Shown here: positions 23,853 to 35,942 of the stretch, one piece after another
How positions within the stretch are numbered: the stretch's first letter is position 1
Layout of the letters: every line of letters starts with the position of its first letter
Source of the DNA: Marsupella aquatica
Taxonomy: Eukaryota; Plantae; Marchantiophyta
DNA length: 64,000 nucleotides
Assembly (NCBI GenBank): GCA_973895155.1
Contig: OZ316898.1
Location: forward strand, 2,083,927 to 2,147,926
Direction of reading: 5' to 3'
The notes under the pieces: model-generated
Told to the model about the DNA's origin: nothing
The model's database searches: none
The model's input: the letters and a program-made list of their open reading frames with translations, nothing else
Made by a program: the position numbers and the translations under genes

Positions 23853-25807
23853 GTATGTTGTACTAAATACTCGCCTGGGTTACTTAAGTTTTATTTTCCA
23901 TCTGGATCACTCAGGCACCAATATAACAGAGACAGGTATGAGGGCAATAATTGAGTGCCTTGTGTCTGCTGGCACCGACACCACCGGTTCCCAAGTGGAG
24001 TAGGTGCTACTAGCGCTAGCACGTCACCCAGAGGTGTTGCAAAGACTGCAGCGCGAAATTGATGGTATTGTTGGTACAGAAAGGCCTTTGGAAGAGGCTG
24101 ACCTCCAAGCTATGCCATTCCTCAATGCTGTCATCTTGGAATCTATGCGCTTGCATGGGGCTGTGCCTTTCTCGTTTCCTCACGTCAACTTGAAGCCTTC
24201 AACCCTGTGTGAGTACTAACCTGCAGTCGTGAGACTGATTAAGGATTCAATTTGAGCATCCTTGAAGTGCTTCAACAAATTGAACTTTGAATGAATTTGT
24301 GCCGGCTCACTGTTACATTTTGTAGACTAGAGTATATTCCCAAGCAAACAATATCAACTTGCAACTGTAATAAAGGTCTTTTTTTTATCAAATGAAAATG
24401 CAGATTTATGGATCAGGATTTCATAGGATTTTGATTTTGGTCGTGTTTAGGCTTTGACAGTCAAGGACTCACTGACACTCTCTTGCGTTGGAACACAATC
24501 AGGTGGTTATGACATTCCTCCAAACACTGCGGTGTTCCTGAATAGTTACAGCATTGGTCGGGACCCGAAGGTGTGGAAGGACCCTCTTCAATTCAATCCT
24601 GACAGGTTCATGGAAGGTGGGTTGTCTGCAAATCCCGCTCTCTCCTCCGAAACTATGAAGGCAAATGGCCTTTACTACAATCTCCTCCCATTCGGCAGTG
24701 GAAGGAGAGTGTGCCCGGGATATAACCTTGCTATGCTGCTAATCTTGAGAACCACTGGGACCCTAGTCCATGCGTTTGATTGGTCCCCTCCTCGAGGATG
24801 TTCTCGAGAGGATCTGAGCATAGACGCAGTAGGATCTTTTCTTCTGCGTCCCAGCCCGGACCTCTACCTTGTACCCACGCCTCGCTTGTCATCCCATGTG
24901 TACAAGATCAACATCACCTGAGTAAACCTTGAGTAAATCTGTGGATCCTGAGGAACTTATTTGGTGTCCTGTAGTGCTAAAGGAGCTACAGTAAATTCTT
25001 GTTGGTTAGGGTGACTTTATCTATGAAGTACATGAATTGTTGTATTTTCTGGTGATGAATCATGTACCTTAATTTTCACTATAATTTTAGGGGGAGGATA
25101 ACTACTTGTTATTTATCAACAATTGGGTCTAGTTAATATCAATATTGTAACCCTTATTCTCAACTTTGAGCATAATTATATAGTTTCATTTGACTTTGAA
25201 GTGAGTGGTTACCATGTTGGACCAAGCCATGTGTGTTGTGTTTATGTATAAGAGGGAACCGCCATTGATATAAAGGTGATTTCACTAAAGCTGAGTGAAC
25301 AAGGTAAACTATGAACCATTATACCCTGAACTCAACCATTTGATCTGAAATACAAAGTCTTATTGCAGCTTGATGAAGTGACATACAGATCCCAGAGCCT
25401 CTCCTCCTCATCCAATCTGCTTAGTCTTTTTCTTCAATTCTCATGAAATCTTTTTGACATGTTTGCGAGAGATCCATTTGATGCAGTCTCTCGAGGATTT
25501 GCTGAAAACTTTCAACACAACAATTGAGAGAAGATAACTCCAGATTGAACAGGGTGCAAGTGGATTGAAACTGCACAAGAAGTGCTGAGGATAGATGAGA
25601 TTGGATAGCAACATGACAATTGCTGCAAGAAGCTTTGATGGTGGAGGCAGCTTGAGTGGTCCACAAAATCCTAAGCTTCAACGACCTGAATTTGAACCAG
25701 TTTGAACCAGGGTAAATGGGATGGAGGCGCTACTACTTTTAAGGACTCCAAACAGTAGACTGTATTTCGGGGTTAGGGGTGCCCCTAAACCGCTGGAGAT
25801 GCTCTAA

Positions 25808-26370
25808 GGGTGGCTTTATAAGATCTTGGGGACAGTTTAAGTGTTTCCTTACCAAAGCTAATCTAGCAGCCTTCTTACATCCTAAAGATAGTGTGAGCTA
25901 AAGTAGAGTTTGGAATCATTTTATGACCCCCAATGTCTTGTAGATCGAGCAAACTACAGCAAATGGTGCTAGAATAGTTTACCATGAGACAAATTGGGGA
26001 CCCACTTCACTAGAAACTCATACAGTCTTAGTTAGGCCCATTCTTTCTGTCAATAAAAAAGCTGATGAGCCGCATTTGGGTCCACTTTCAATGTAAAACA
26101 CTCAAAATAGAATGGATTAAGCTGCCAGATGAAGATAGATTTGCAAGAAAGGTGTTCTAAAAGGTGTTATAAAATCTGGTACAAAACTGGGCCCACTCCA
26201 TTCCATGTAGAGGACGGAGAATAACGGCTCCCCCCCCCCCCCCCCCCACAAAACATTTCGGAAAGTGAACAGCAAGTGTCGTCTCCCAATGGATGGCCCT
26301 CATCATCACATCTTGGAGACCAGAAAAAAAGTTGAAAGCACTGCCTGGGCAGCATCTTTTAAAGCCACCC
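25808..26370. mobile_element. Tourist-like (PIF/Harbinger) MITE, copy 2
   Basis: TIRs GGGTGGCTTTATAAGAT and ATCTTTTAAAGCCACCC; TSD TAA (25805-25807, 26371-26373). Confidence 0.85.
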
Positions 26371-26658
26371 TAAACAACAACTGAAAAGCTCTCGTAGAAC
26401 TCAAGAATAAACCACATGAGAAGGTCTCCATAAGGAATTTGATTAGAAGTACTAAAACCAACTGCCTGCCATGTTAAATCACTGAATGACACGCACTGCC
26501 AAGACTGTACAGGCACCGCATTCCCTTCATGCAGCCTAAGTATCAATGTTTGCAACTAAAGTGTTATGAAACGTCAAAGGCACCTTCAGGGGGAATTGAC
26601 GAAATATAGCTAGCCAGATTGAAACAAAGCAAACCACGACTTGGTAGTGTCAGTGGAT

Positions 26659-26920
26659 ACCGAACATGGACAACAGCATGCGAAAATGGGGTACCGCAAT
26701 ATTTTGTCTGCTTGAAAAGAGTATTCTCGTTGGGAAGATGCCTCTGCACTTGCTTCTGAATTTGCTTCTGAATGCAGTATAATATCTTCACCGAACATGG
26801 ACAACAGCATGCGAAAATGGGGTACCGCAATATTTTGTCTGCTTGAAAAGAGTATTCTCATGGGAATATGCCTCTGCACTTGCTTCTGAATTTGCTTCTG
26901 AATGCAGTATAATATCTTCA
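26659..26920. repeat. 131-bp tandem duplication upstream of P450 copy 2
   Basis: accgaacatggacaacagcatgcg...aatatcttc occurs at 26659 and 26790. Confidence 0.95.
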
Positions 26921-27054
26921 ACAGAAGTCGAGGAAATTGATGAAACTGAGCATAGCAGAGAATTGGAGAAGAAAAGAAGCACAATCGGATGTGCAGAGCT
27001 AGAGACTACTAGACGATCGATAAACCAAGATCAACAAGTAGTAAGTTCATCAAT

Positions 27055-29507
27055 ATGGAACAAAATGCTGGGGTCGACGATAGAAGCTAGGCTCTGCTTC
27101 TGATTTGCTATGGAACTCGTCGACAAGCGTTCTACTGCTCGTTGGAGTGGTAACTCTCGTGGTTGCCGCGGTGAGCTATGGATCGCGGAGGAAGAAGATT
27201 ACCAATTTGCCACCCGGACCCCGCAATTGGCCAGTCATTGGAGCCCTCTTGGAGATGGAGCCGCTCTTCCACAGGACCTGCGAGAAGCTCGCAACGAAGT
27301 ACGGGCCCGTCGTGTTCTTCCGCGTTGGAGTTCAATCCATGGTGGTGGTGTCCTCCGGCGAGGCTACAGAAAAGCTTCTGATACACAAAGACGCGGAGTT
27401 TTGCGACAGAAAACCGCCACGACCAGGTCTGCTGCGAAATATACAGTGATCGGTGGAAAAAGCCTTCCCTTCGCGAACTACGATGCAGAGTTCAAACTGC
27501 ACAGAAGGCTCCTCATCACGGAGAACTTCACCTTGACAAAGCTCAAGACATTCGAGAAGATCCGGACTCACGAGATGGCAGTCATGGTGGAGACCATAGT
27601 CAGCGTAAGCCGGAGCAGTGGCCGTAGCTCGAACGATAGTGAGGGTAATAGTACCTCTTCGCCGATTGCCATCCAGTCGACCGTAATGACCATGATCCAG
27701 AACATCTTGTTTTCGCTGGTCTTCGCCAAGAGGTTCGATAGTTTGCCGCCCACAGACAAGCTGAGGGTATTCCCGGAATTGTTGGACACGGTTCTGAAGA
27801 TCTTCATGGAAGTGAACTTGGTAAGACAAAGTCTGCAGTAACCTTAGATATCTAAACACTATAATATCAATCCGCTTTTTCTTTATGTTAAGGGAAGCGT
27901 CCAAGGCTGTTCAATTATGGGGACAAATTTCCTGAATATGTGTGAAATCAGTTAACGGCTCCGCTGTGCACCAAGCAGGGCAGAATGTACCATCGGTTGG
28001 GATGGGAAATGAAATGACATGCTTTTTGTTTTCACCAATTATTGACCTCCAAAAGGACGGGCATTAGGCCAGTGTGGATCAATTACCCGTCTCTTTCCGC
28101 TTGAACACCTTGCAATCCAGCTGAATTCGATCTGAACGGTATTCTTTGCCATGGAAGATGCAGAAAGGCCACCGACGTACATTGTCTGACTGTTCCCAAT
28201 GAACTATTAATAATGTAAACAGGTCTGAGGTAGACTTGTGCATCATGAGCAGGAATCCCCGGGAAATTTGTAATTAACAACTGACATTGCGGCTGTCCGG
28301 GTGCAGGTAGATTTGTTCCCATATATGGTTGGCGTGGTTGGATCCTCAAGGGTTGCTGAAGGCGATGCACAAGTTTAGCAACCAAAAGAGACAATACTAC
28401 GAGACGCTCCTCGAGACGACCAGGCGAGAAATGAAGCATAAGAGTGAGTCCGGAAATTGGAGCGATGCCGACGAAGGAAGCTCGGGCCGGAGTCTCGTAG
28501 ATATTCTTCTCAGTGCTCAAGGAGCAGGTGAGATTCGGGGTGAAATTCTCCCGCAGCTAAACTCATGCCCCATTTACAGCATTGACTATTTGTTTATTCT
28601 TTCGGGTGTCAAGCAAGCTAAGGTAACCATGTGAAGACAACAACCGTGTGTGTGTAAGTGCACCCACGGGAAGAAGGGCTACCATACACAAGATGCACTT
28701 AATAAAACTGATGGACTACTGTGGACTGTTTACTCAATGATCCTGTGCGTAACTATTGATTCACGTACGTAATTCAGGTTCCTTGATCGATAATTCTGCG
28801 AGAGAGGCTTCATGCAATAGTTATTTCGATTATTTGCCACCCTTCTTATTAATAATTACACTCTAACAAATACTCATTTGGGTTACTTAAATTTGTTTTC
28901 CATCTGAATCACTAGGCACCAATATAACCGAGCAGGGTATCATGATGATAATCAATTGCGCTATGGCTGGTGGTACCGACACCGCCAGTTCCCAAGTGGA
29001 GTGGGTGCTACTAGAGGTAGCACGTCACCCGAAGGTGTTGCAAAGACTGCAGGATGATATTGATGGTGTCGTTGGTATAGAACGGCCTTTGGAAGAGGCT
29101 GACCTCCAAGCTATGCCATTCTCAATGCTGTCATCTTGGAATCTATGCGCTTGCATGGGGCTGTGCCTTGCTCGTTTCCTCACGTCAACTTCAGTTGAAG
29201 CCTTCAACCATGTGTGAGTAACCAACCTATAGTAGTGAGACCCGTAGTGAGACTCATTAAGAATTCAGTCGGGGATTCAATTTGAGCATCCTTGCAAGTG
29301 CACGAATTAACAAACTGAACTTTGAATCAATTTGTGTTTAGTTCAATGTTTCATTTCGTAGAATAGAGTTATTCTGAAGCAGAACGAAATCAAATTGCAA
29401 CCGTAATTGATAATCGAGCATTTCAATGGATATTGATACTCGTCATGCATTAGCTTTACAGTCAAAAACTCACTGACATTCTCTCGAGTTGGAATACGAT
29501 CAGGTGG
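27055..29507 (+). pseudogene. Cytochrome P450 (CYP71 clan), copy 2, frameshifted and lacking the heme exon
   Basis: Co-linear with copy 1. Frameshifts near 27087, 27410, 28325 and 29120; GGTDTA I-helix present. The exon-4 acceptor at 29503 is followed after 4 nt by 3' UTR-homologous sequence. Confidence 0.9.
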
Positions 29508-29584
29508 GAATTGTGGATCCTGAGGAATAAATTGTGGATCCTGAGGAATTTATTTGGTATCCTGTATTGCTAAATGATCTAGAT

Positions 29585-29919
29585 TGTTATGTCTTTTCTG
29601 TTGAATATATGGTCAACCAGATTTTACGCCACTCCCTGTGGCAACTTGATCTTAGCTTGTTTACTATCGTGTGGCGATTACATTAGCTGTACATTATCAG
29701 GATCCTGCTTATCCCTTGGTAATCCCGTAACTATCGGCATGGGGCCCTTTTGTTCTTTAACTTGTAGCTTCTAGGTGTAGTTTCTGCTTATCTATTGGAT
29801 TAGCCCTGTGTGCCTCTTGGGCGGCTCACCCTCCCTTCCTCTCTAGTATTTATCCAGGGGCTTACGGGTGATTTGTATTAAGTTCTTTCTCTAAATCTTA
29901 TCATTTTCTTCATTTATCA
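29585..29919. mobile_element. Possible solo LTR
   Basis: A segment of about 335 bp, TGTTAT...TATCA, absent from the copy-1 3' flank. The TSD is not clean. Confidence 0.4.
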
Positions 29920-31064
29920 GTAGTTGCAGAAAGTCTCTACCAAGTAACTGTATATTTTCTAGTGATAGATCGATCCTGTACATTAATATATCTTCACGAT
30001 TCTCAGATGAACTCACATGATTTTAGTCAACTTCTAGCTGGGATCGATCATGCCACATTTGGGAGAATGAACTACTAACTTGCATTTTATCAACAATTGG
30101 TCTAGTCAATATAAATAACTTCACCCTTATTCTCAACTTTGAGCATATATAGTTTCATTTGACGTTGAAGTGTGTGGTTACCATGAAGAACCAAGCCATG
30201 TGTGTTGTCTGTATGTATACCAGGGAAGTCCCATATAAAGGTGTTTTCACTAGAGCAGAACGAGCAAGGTACATGAGAAACCATTTGATCAGACGTACCA
30301 CTCATTGCTTGATGAAGTGACCTGAAGATGCAACGAATGTTAATTTCTTTAACTAAGTATAAGAGGTATTTGTAAGGTGTGCTAATATTATCTTCTATAT
30401 ATAGTGCAAAGAACAAGAGAATCTTTGGAGACAGGATCCCAAAGGCAAGAGACTTAATCAACTGGGTAAAACAAAGGAAAAACCCAGGAAGTTGGAAGCC
30501 AAGAGTCACAAACAACGGCAAAAATAACAATTCTAGAGCCCTACGCACTGAGCAACCAGCTGAAAAGCCTAGTAGAGCTCCAGTCAGAGTAAACTTCATA
30601 AGAGAGTCACCGCCTCAGCCCGATAAAGGAAAGTGAATGCCTGAGCTCTATGTAGAGCCAGGGTTCAACTGAATTATACAGTGCTTTCAATTCACTCAAA
30701 CCATGCAATAAGTTAATTAATTGTTAAGTTCACTCAAACCATGCAATAAGTTAATTAATTGTTAAGTTCAATGCATTATTCTAAAGACTTTACAAGCACT
30801 TGAATCACCTAGTACACTTCAAGGGGTACTTGCAAATTGTGTTACTAAGTCACATGGAGGATGTGTCAATTCCACAATAGTGGCATATCATATGTGACAA
30901 AGAATATTTAGTATTGTTTAAATGGTTTGACAAAAGACATTAAGTTGTCAATTGAAATATATGGTTCGTTAAAACGCAAAATACATACATGTCATCACAT
31001 GATTGGTGTTATACAAATTTATATGAACATGATTACTTTGATAGGGACTTGAAAACTTATATTG

Positions 31065-31218
31065 CAGAGACTCGGTATGGTTGACAGATCTAGAGTTTAA
31101 TAAAAAAAAATTGTGTTCCTCTGGATGTAGTCTCAGTTGAGATGAATAGCATCTCCATGTGTCGACTACTTGTTCATCGGATGTTCATGGGTATTGTGAA
31201 GTTAATCTTTACTCAACA
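31065..31218 (+). mobile_element. Degenerate LTR remnant related to the copia at 9564
   Basis: ctcggtatgg..ctagagt..tgtgttcctctggatgtagtctc..gtcgactac..gttcatggg..ctcaaca parallels the 3' half of the 344-bp LTR. Confidence 0.7.
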
Positions 31219-32002
31219 AGAATGACACATAAGGTGAATGCAAATATTTTGATTTTTTATCTAATTTTTCTAGATTAATATGTGAACATTAGACATTAGA
31301 TCTCCCTAGATGAAGGATAATAATCATAATTATGGCTAATCTGAATGAAAACCCCTTGCTAATTTTAGCCAAAAGTGGCAATAGCGTTTTACTGAGGTGG
31401 AGTTTTGCCACTAGAAAAGAATTAAAAAAAAACGGTGCATTCAAGTCCTGAAATCAAATTCTTAAACCCTTCGCCACTAGAAAAAAAACGCTGCATTAAA
31501 CTCCTCAAATAAAAGTCTTAAACCCTACCGTAATCTGCACAGTCCAGTAGCTATAGCCAGTTTGCGGCCCAATGTTTAGTGAGCCAGATGGAAATGTTCG
31601 CATTGGCACCGAAGGCACGAGCACCACATCAAATATGGATTGGCACCCGCCGACGAAATTTCTCACAAGTTTATTCAGTTCGAAGACATCCACGGATAAC
31701 AACCATAGATGTATCGGTGGGTATTCACTTTCTTTGCCCTTCTCGCACTTGACTTGACGTCGGCGACATGAGCAAGTGTTCTCTTTCTCTCTCCTCTAGG
31801 GTTTATGGAATTCTAGGAATTGGGCTCATTCACGGGCCATGTTTCTGATTCTGCTGCTGTCTTGGCTTCGCACGCACAGGTACCGTTGATGGAGCAGACC
31901 TGCAGAAGGAGGGATACATCGCTCTCTAATGCCATTGAAATTTTGGAATTTAAGGCCATTGAATTGAATTGACTAATTTAGGGCTTAGGGTTTAAAGTAG
32001 AA

Positions 32003-35000
32003 ATGAAGAAGAGAAAGGGATCGTCGAGTGATGAGCGAGGTGGAACAGAGCTAGATGGTGATATGAATATCGAGAAGGGAAATATAAGACTGAAGAAATC
32101 GAGGGTAGTGAGCAACAGTAAACAGCACGATGATGGTTTGGGAGCGAGGAGCAAATTGACTGGGAAAGTTGGAGCCGGGCATGAAGATTCAGCCAAAGTG
32201 AAAAGTAAAGTGAAGAGGAAAAGGAAGAGAGGAGACGGAACCGAACAGGAAGATGGAGCAGAGGCGAAGAACAAGATGAAAAAGAAGAAAAAAAGCAGAT
32301 TTGTCACTGAAATAGTAGCAGAGGACGCTCTAGAGGAGCGATCTGACCAAGAAAACGTAAATGAAAACCATAACGTAAAAGCTGAGGCGAAGAACAAGCT
32401 GAAGAGGAAGACAAAGCACAATACTGTCATTGAAGACACGGCAGAAGGAGAGGAAGAAAATCTTGATGAAAAAGACGAATTAGAAAAGCCTGCCAGTCGC
32501 AGTGCCATGGGCGCCAAATATGTTCCTCCTCACTTGAGACAAGTTGAGAAAGGTTCTGAAGAGCGCATTCGTTTGGAGCGCCGTATCAGAGGTGGGTGAT
32601 TGTCTCCCTCCACCTCGGCGATGCTTATCTGGCCATTAGCTGGCTCACTGCTTCATTGTAATGTGGCTGTCGAATTGGGTAGATCGAGCCTGCTTATTGT
32701 TTTAGATAGGTCTAACGCTCGTCAAATTACAGGTTTGTTGAACAGGCTTACTGAGACTAATGTCGAGTCCATCACCTCGGATATATCTACGATATTTCAG
32801 GTCAATTCATTAATCCTTCGCCGAGTTGATTAGTTTGGATGAATTGTTTGAAAAGTGTGTTTTAGCTTAAAAATTAATCTTGCTGTCTCGCGTTGCCTGG
32901 TTGAAGACAAATGGCCGTCGCGTGGTGACGGAGATAATAGGCAACGAGATTCTTGGAGCCTGTCGTGAGGGTCCTCGAGGCAACGACCAGTGAGTTGCAT
33001 TTTAGAACCCGTGTAGAACTCGAGAGTTAGAGCTGAGACTTTTATCTATTGTACTATAAGCCGGATGAAGATGTTCTGCTTTCTATTTTTGTGTTTGGAG
33101 AGACAGCACAAACAGATGTGTGTGTCTACGGTTCTTCTTCAGGTTGTTATTTGAGCTTGTATGTTTTGTAGAGAGCTTATCTTGACTGCAAGTTTTGTGT
33201 TCTTCGTCTCTTGTTGAAGATATGCGGCGGTTTTCGCTGCATTTGTCGCAGGCATGTCAGCGACTTCGGGCATAGATTTTGGGGCAAATTTTGTGGCTGC
33301 CCTTGCGACTTCGTTCGAGGTTTGCCCTCTTTCATTGATTTTGACTCTGTTCAATAGTCCCTCTGTTCAGGCAGAGGATGATGTAACGTGTTTCTTGAGT
33401 CAGCGCCAGAAGGCAAGTATGGTAGAATATGACCCTAATTTGATTTGGGGTGCCAGATGGCTTCGCGTACTCAGATTGTTGATTTTTGAAATGGATGATT
33501 GGGGCAGGATGAATACCAACAAGGAGATAGTCTTGCTCTGAGAAATCTTGCCTTGCTACTGTCTCATGTCTACAACTTTCATTTGCTTCCAAGGTGAGTC
33601 AGAGTGTAAACATTTTGCAGCTAATTTTATTTGTTAACAGGATGAAGCATTTCTCAAGCTAGACTCATCTGATCTCACACTCTGTGTCTGCACATTTTGA
33701 TGGCAGTGAGGTCCTGTATCAAGTGCTAGCAGTCTTGTGCAAGAGGTTCGAAGAGCTTGATGTGGCTACCATTTTGACCATTTTACAATGTATGCACCTG
33801 TGGATTTGAGTCTGCATTCAGCGTCTAGTACATTTGAATTATGGTTCTACCAGTGAGTGTGGTGGTGGAGAGCAAGATCCTTGAATTCCAAAATCCTACC
33901 TTTTTGCTTTGAAGGACCGGTTTTTTCATCTCTAGTTGATCGCTTGTTTTCCATTTACTATATTCCTTTCTTACATACCCATCTTAAATGATTATAATAC
34001 TGAATGCAGCTTGTGGAATGGGCTTGAGAGGTGACGATCCTCTGGCAATGAAAGACTTTGTGGTCTCCATTCAGCAGCGAACGTCAGAAGCAAAAGCTGC
34101 TCTATTGAACAAAGGCGATCTTAGCAAAAGGGTATGCACCTTAATTGCCTTAATTTTTGTCCACGACTATCTTTCCTCTACTTATAATGCTACTTGCAAT
34201 GACTTTGAATCATTGTAGAAGCACAGGGATGTAAAAGAGTGAAGACCGCAGGGGTAAAGTGTGCAAGTCCATGTTTTCATAGCTGCTGCTTGAAGCTGTC
34301 ACAAGCAGGATCTACAATCAATGTTCTTCTCTGACGTATGCATTTGGTGGTGGAGTGAACAGGTTCAATTTATGCTGGAAACAATCTGTGACATCAAGAA
34401 CAATAAGAGACAAACGAAGGAAGTCCCAACCCATGTTCGGCTGAAAAAGTGGTTACAGAAGGTAATTGATGATTTCAGATGATGAAAGGGCATTCGCTGT
34501 CGATGTTGGTCTTTTGAAATTGGTTAAGTTTGTTCCTTTCGTCATCAAATCACTGCAGGAGCTCATTTTGGATTCTACTTTTTATGTGAGAGCATCGTGA
34601 TAAAATTTTGCTGGTTTTGAATCTCAGATGGGAGTTGAGGACGTTCAACTGCGGGCCGTCACATGGAACAGTCTTCTGGATCCTGTTAAGAAAGGACAAT
34701 GGTGGCTTCCCTCTGCTGGGAACACAGATCGCAGAACGGATGAGGACGGGAACATGGCTGGAGCCATGGATGCTGACATAGTGGAAGTAGATAAGATGCT
34801 TCAATTGGCAGCCTCTCAAAGGATGAACACTGATTCTCGCAAAGCTGTGTTTTGCATGGTCATGAGTGGAGAAGACTACATTGATGCATTTGAGAAACTC
34901 TTGAGGATGAAGCTCCCTGGAACACAGGTCTGCACTTGCTAATGACGTCCATCTTTGAGACTACAAGATGTCAAGGTGTCAAGTCTCATGTTATTGAGCT

Positions 35001-35942
35001 CTTTGAAAATATACTTTTAATCTGTATTATTATCAAAATATATTGGTACCTTCAAAAAATCTGCCTCGATCCAGCTTTTGAGTGCACATCTTCGGATGGT
35101 TTTTGCCGGTGACCTGTACTTTTGCCTGTGTTTTTATGCCTATAGATGGATATTGACAGAGATATTGACAATGTTCAAATGTCCATGTGCAGGATAGGGA
35201 AGTCCTGCGGGTCATTGTTGAATGTTGCTTGCAAGAGAAGTTATTCAACAAGTACTATGCACTTCTTGCTGCCAAGCTTTGTGATTATGATAAAAACCAT
35301 AAGTTTACCTTACAGGTAATTTACTAGTAATGCTTGTTGGCTTGAATCAAGAACAGCAAGTGAAACTGATGAACCTGTAGTTCTTTGGTTTTCCACGCGA
35401 TGATGATGTGCTTCAAGTGTTTAATTCGGTCTTCTTCTTACCACGTTCTATTACCTTGCTAGAAGCTGCCTTTTACTTAATACTTTGCGTTGTTGCTGAT
35501 GAGTGGCCTGTTTTAATTGTCATAGTACTGCCTCTGGGACCATTTTAAGCAGCTGGATACAATGGAGTTGCGCCGGTCAGCTAATCTCGCCAGGTTTCTT
35601 GCCCACATGATTGGATCATACTCGTTGTCCTTAGCTGTTCTCAAAGCTGTGGACTTTACTGATCCCAATGTAATGACCTCCAAGGTAGTAATGCATTTTC
35701 GGATCTTCTTAGATACATTGTTGACCGAGTATTCGGACGAAGTCATCTGGAACTGCTTCTCCCGAGTTGCTGCGCCTCCAAACCTTGCTACATTGAGAGA
35801 TGGATTAGCTCTGTTTCTGCAACACATCAAGCAGCCAGTGGGAGGGAACTATGGGGGTAAAGAAGTGAAAGGGATTCTTGCAAGCAGATACCGATTAGCC
35901 AGAAAGGGCCTTGCCAACATTGCTGGTATTGTTCTCCAATGA
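32003..35942 (+). CDS. NOM1: Nucleolar MIF4G domain-containing protein 1 (NOM1/Sgd1; MIF4G + MA3 domains), about 11 exons
   Basis: Lys/Glu-rich N-terminus, KYVPPHLR, RIRGLLNRLTETNVESI and MA3 'QRMNTDSRKAVFCMVMSGEDYIDAFEKLL...DREVLRVIVECCLQEK'. Approximate GT-AG exons: 32003-32591, 32733-32800, 32907-32989, 33220-33319, 33508-33593, 33707-33789, 34010-34131, 34363-34461, 34628-34927, 35193-35314, 35526-35942. Confidence 0.92.

Larger units (their letters stand above)
20427..24921 (+). pseudogene. Cytochrome P450 (CYP71 clan), copy 1, 4 exons, single premature stop
   Basis: Exons 20427-21197, 21687-21903, 23915-24208 and 24503-24921. It has a TM anchor, LPPGP hinge, AGTDTT I-helix, ESMR (ExxR), PDRF and heme motif PFGSGRRVCPG. 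An in-frame TAG sits at 24001-24003, where the paralog has TGG. Confidence 0.9.

Noticed and set aside
30102-30636. ORFs after P450 copy 2
   Set aside because: Partly homologous to the non-coding 3' flank of copy 1; no coding signature.
31978-32517. Hydrophobic 179-aa minus-strand ORF
   Set aside because: It is the antisense of the Lys/Glu-rich NOM1 exon 1.
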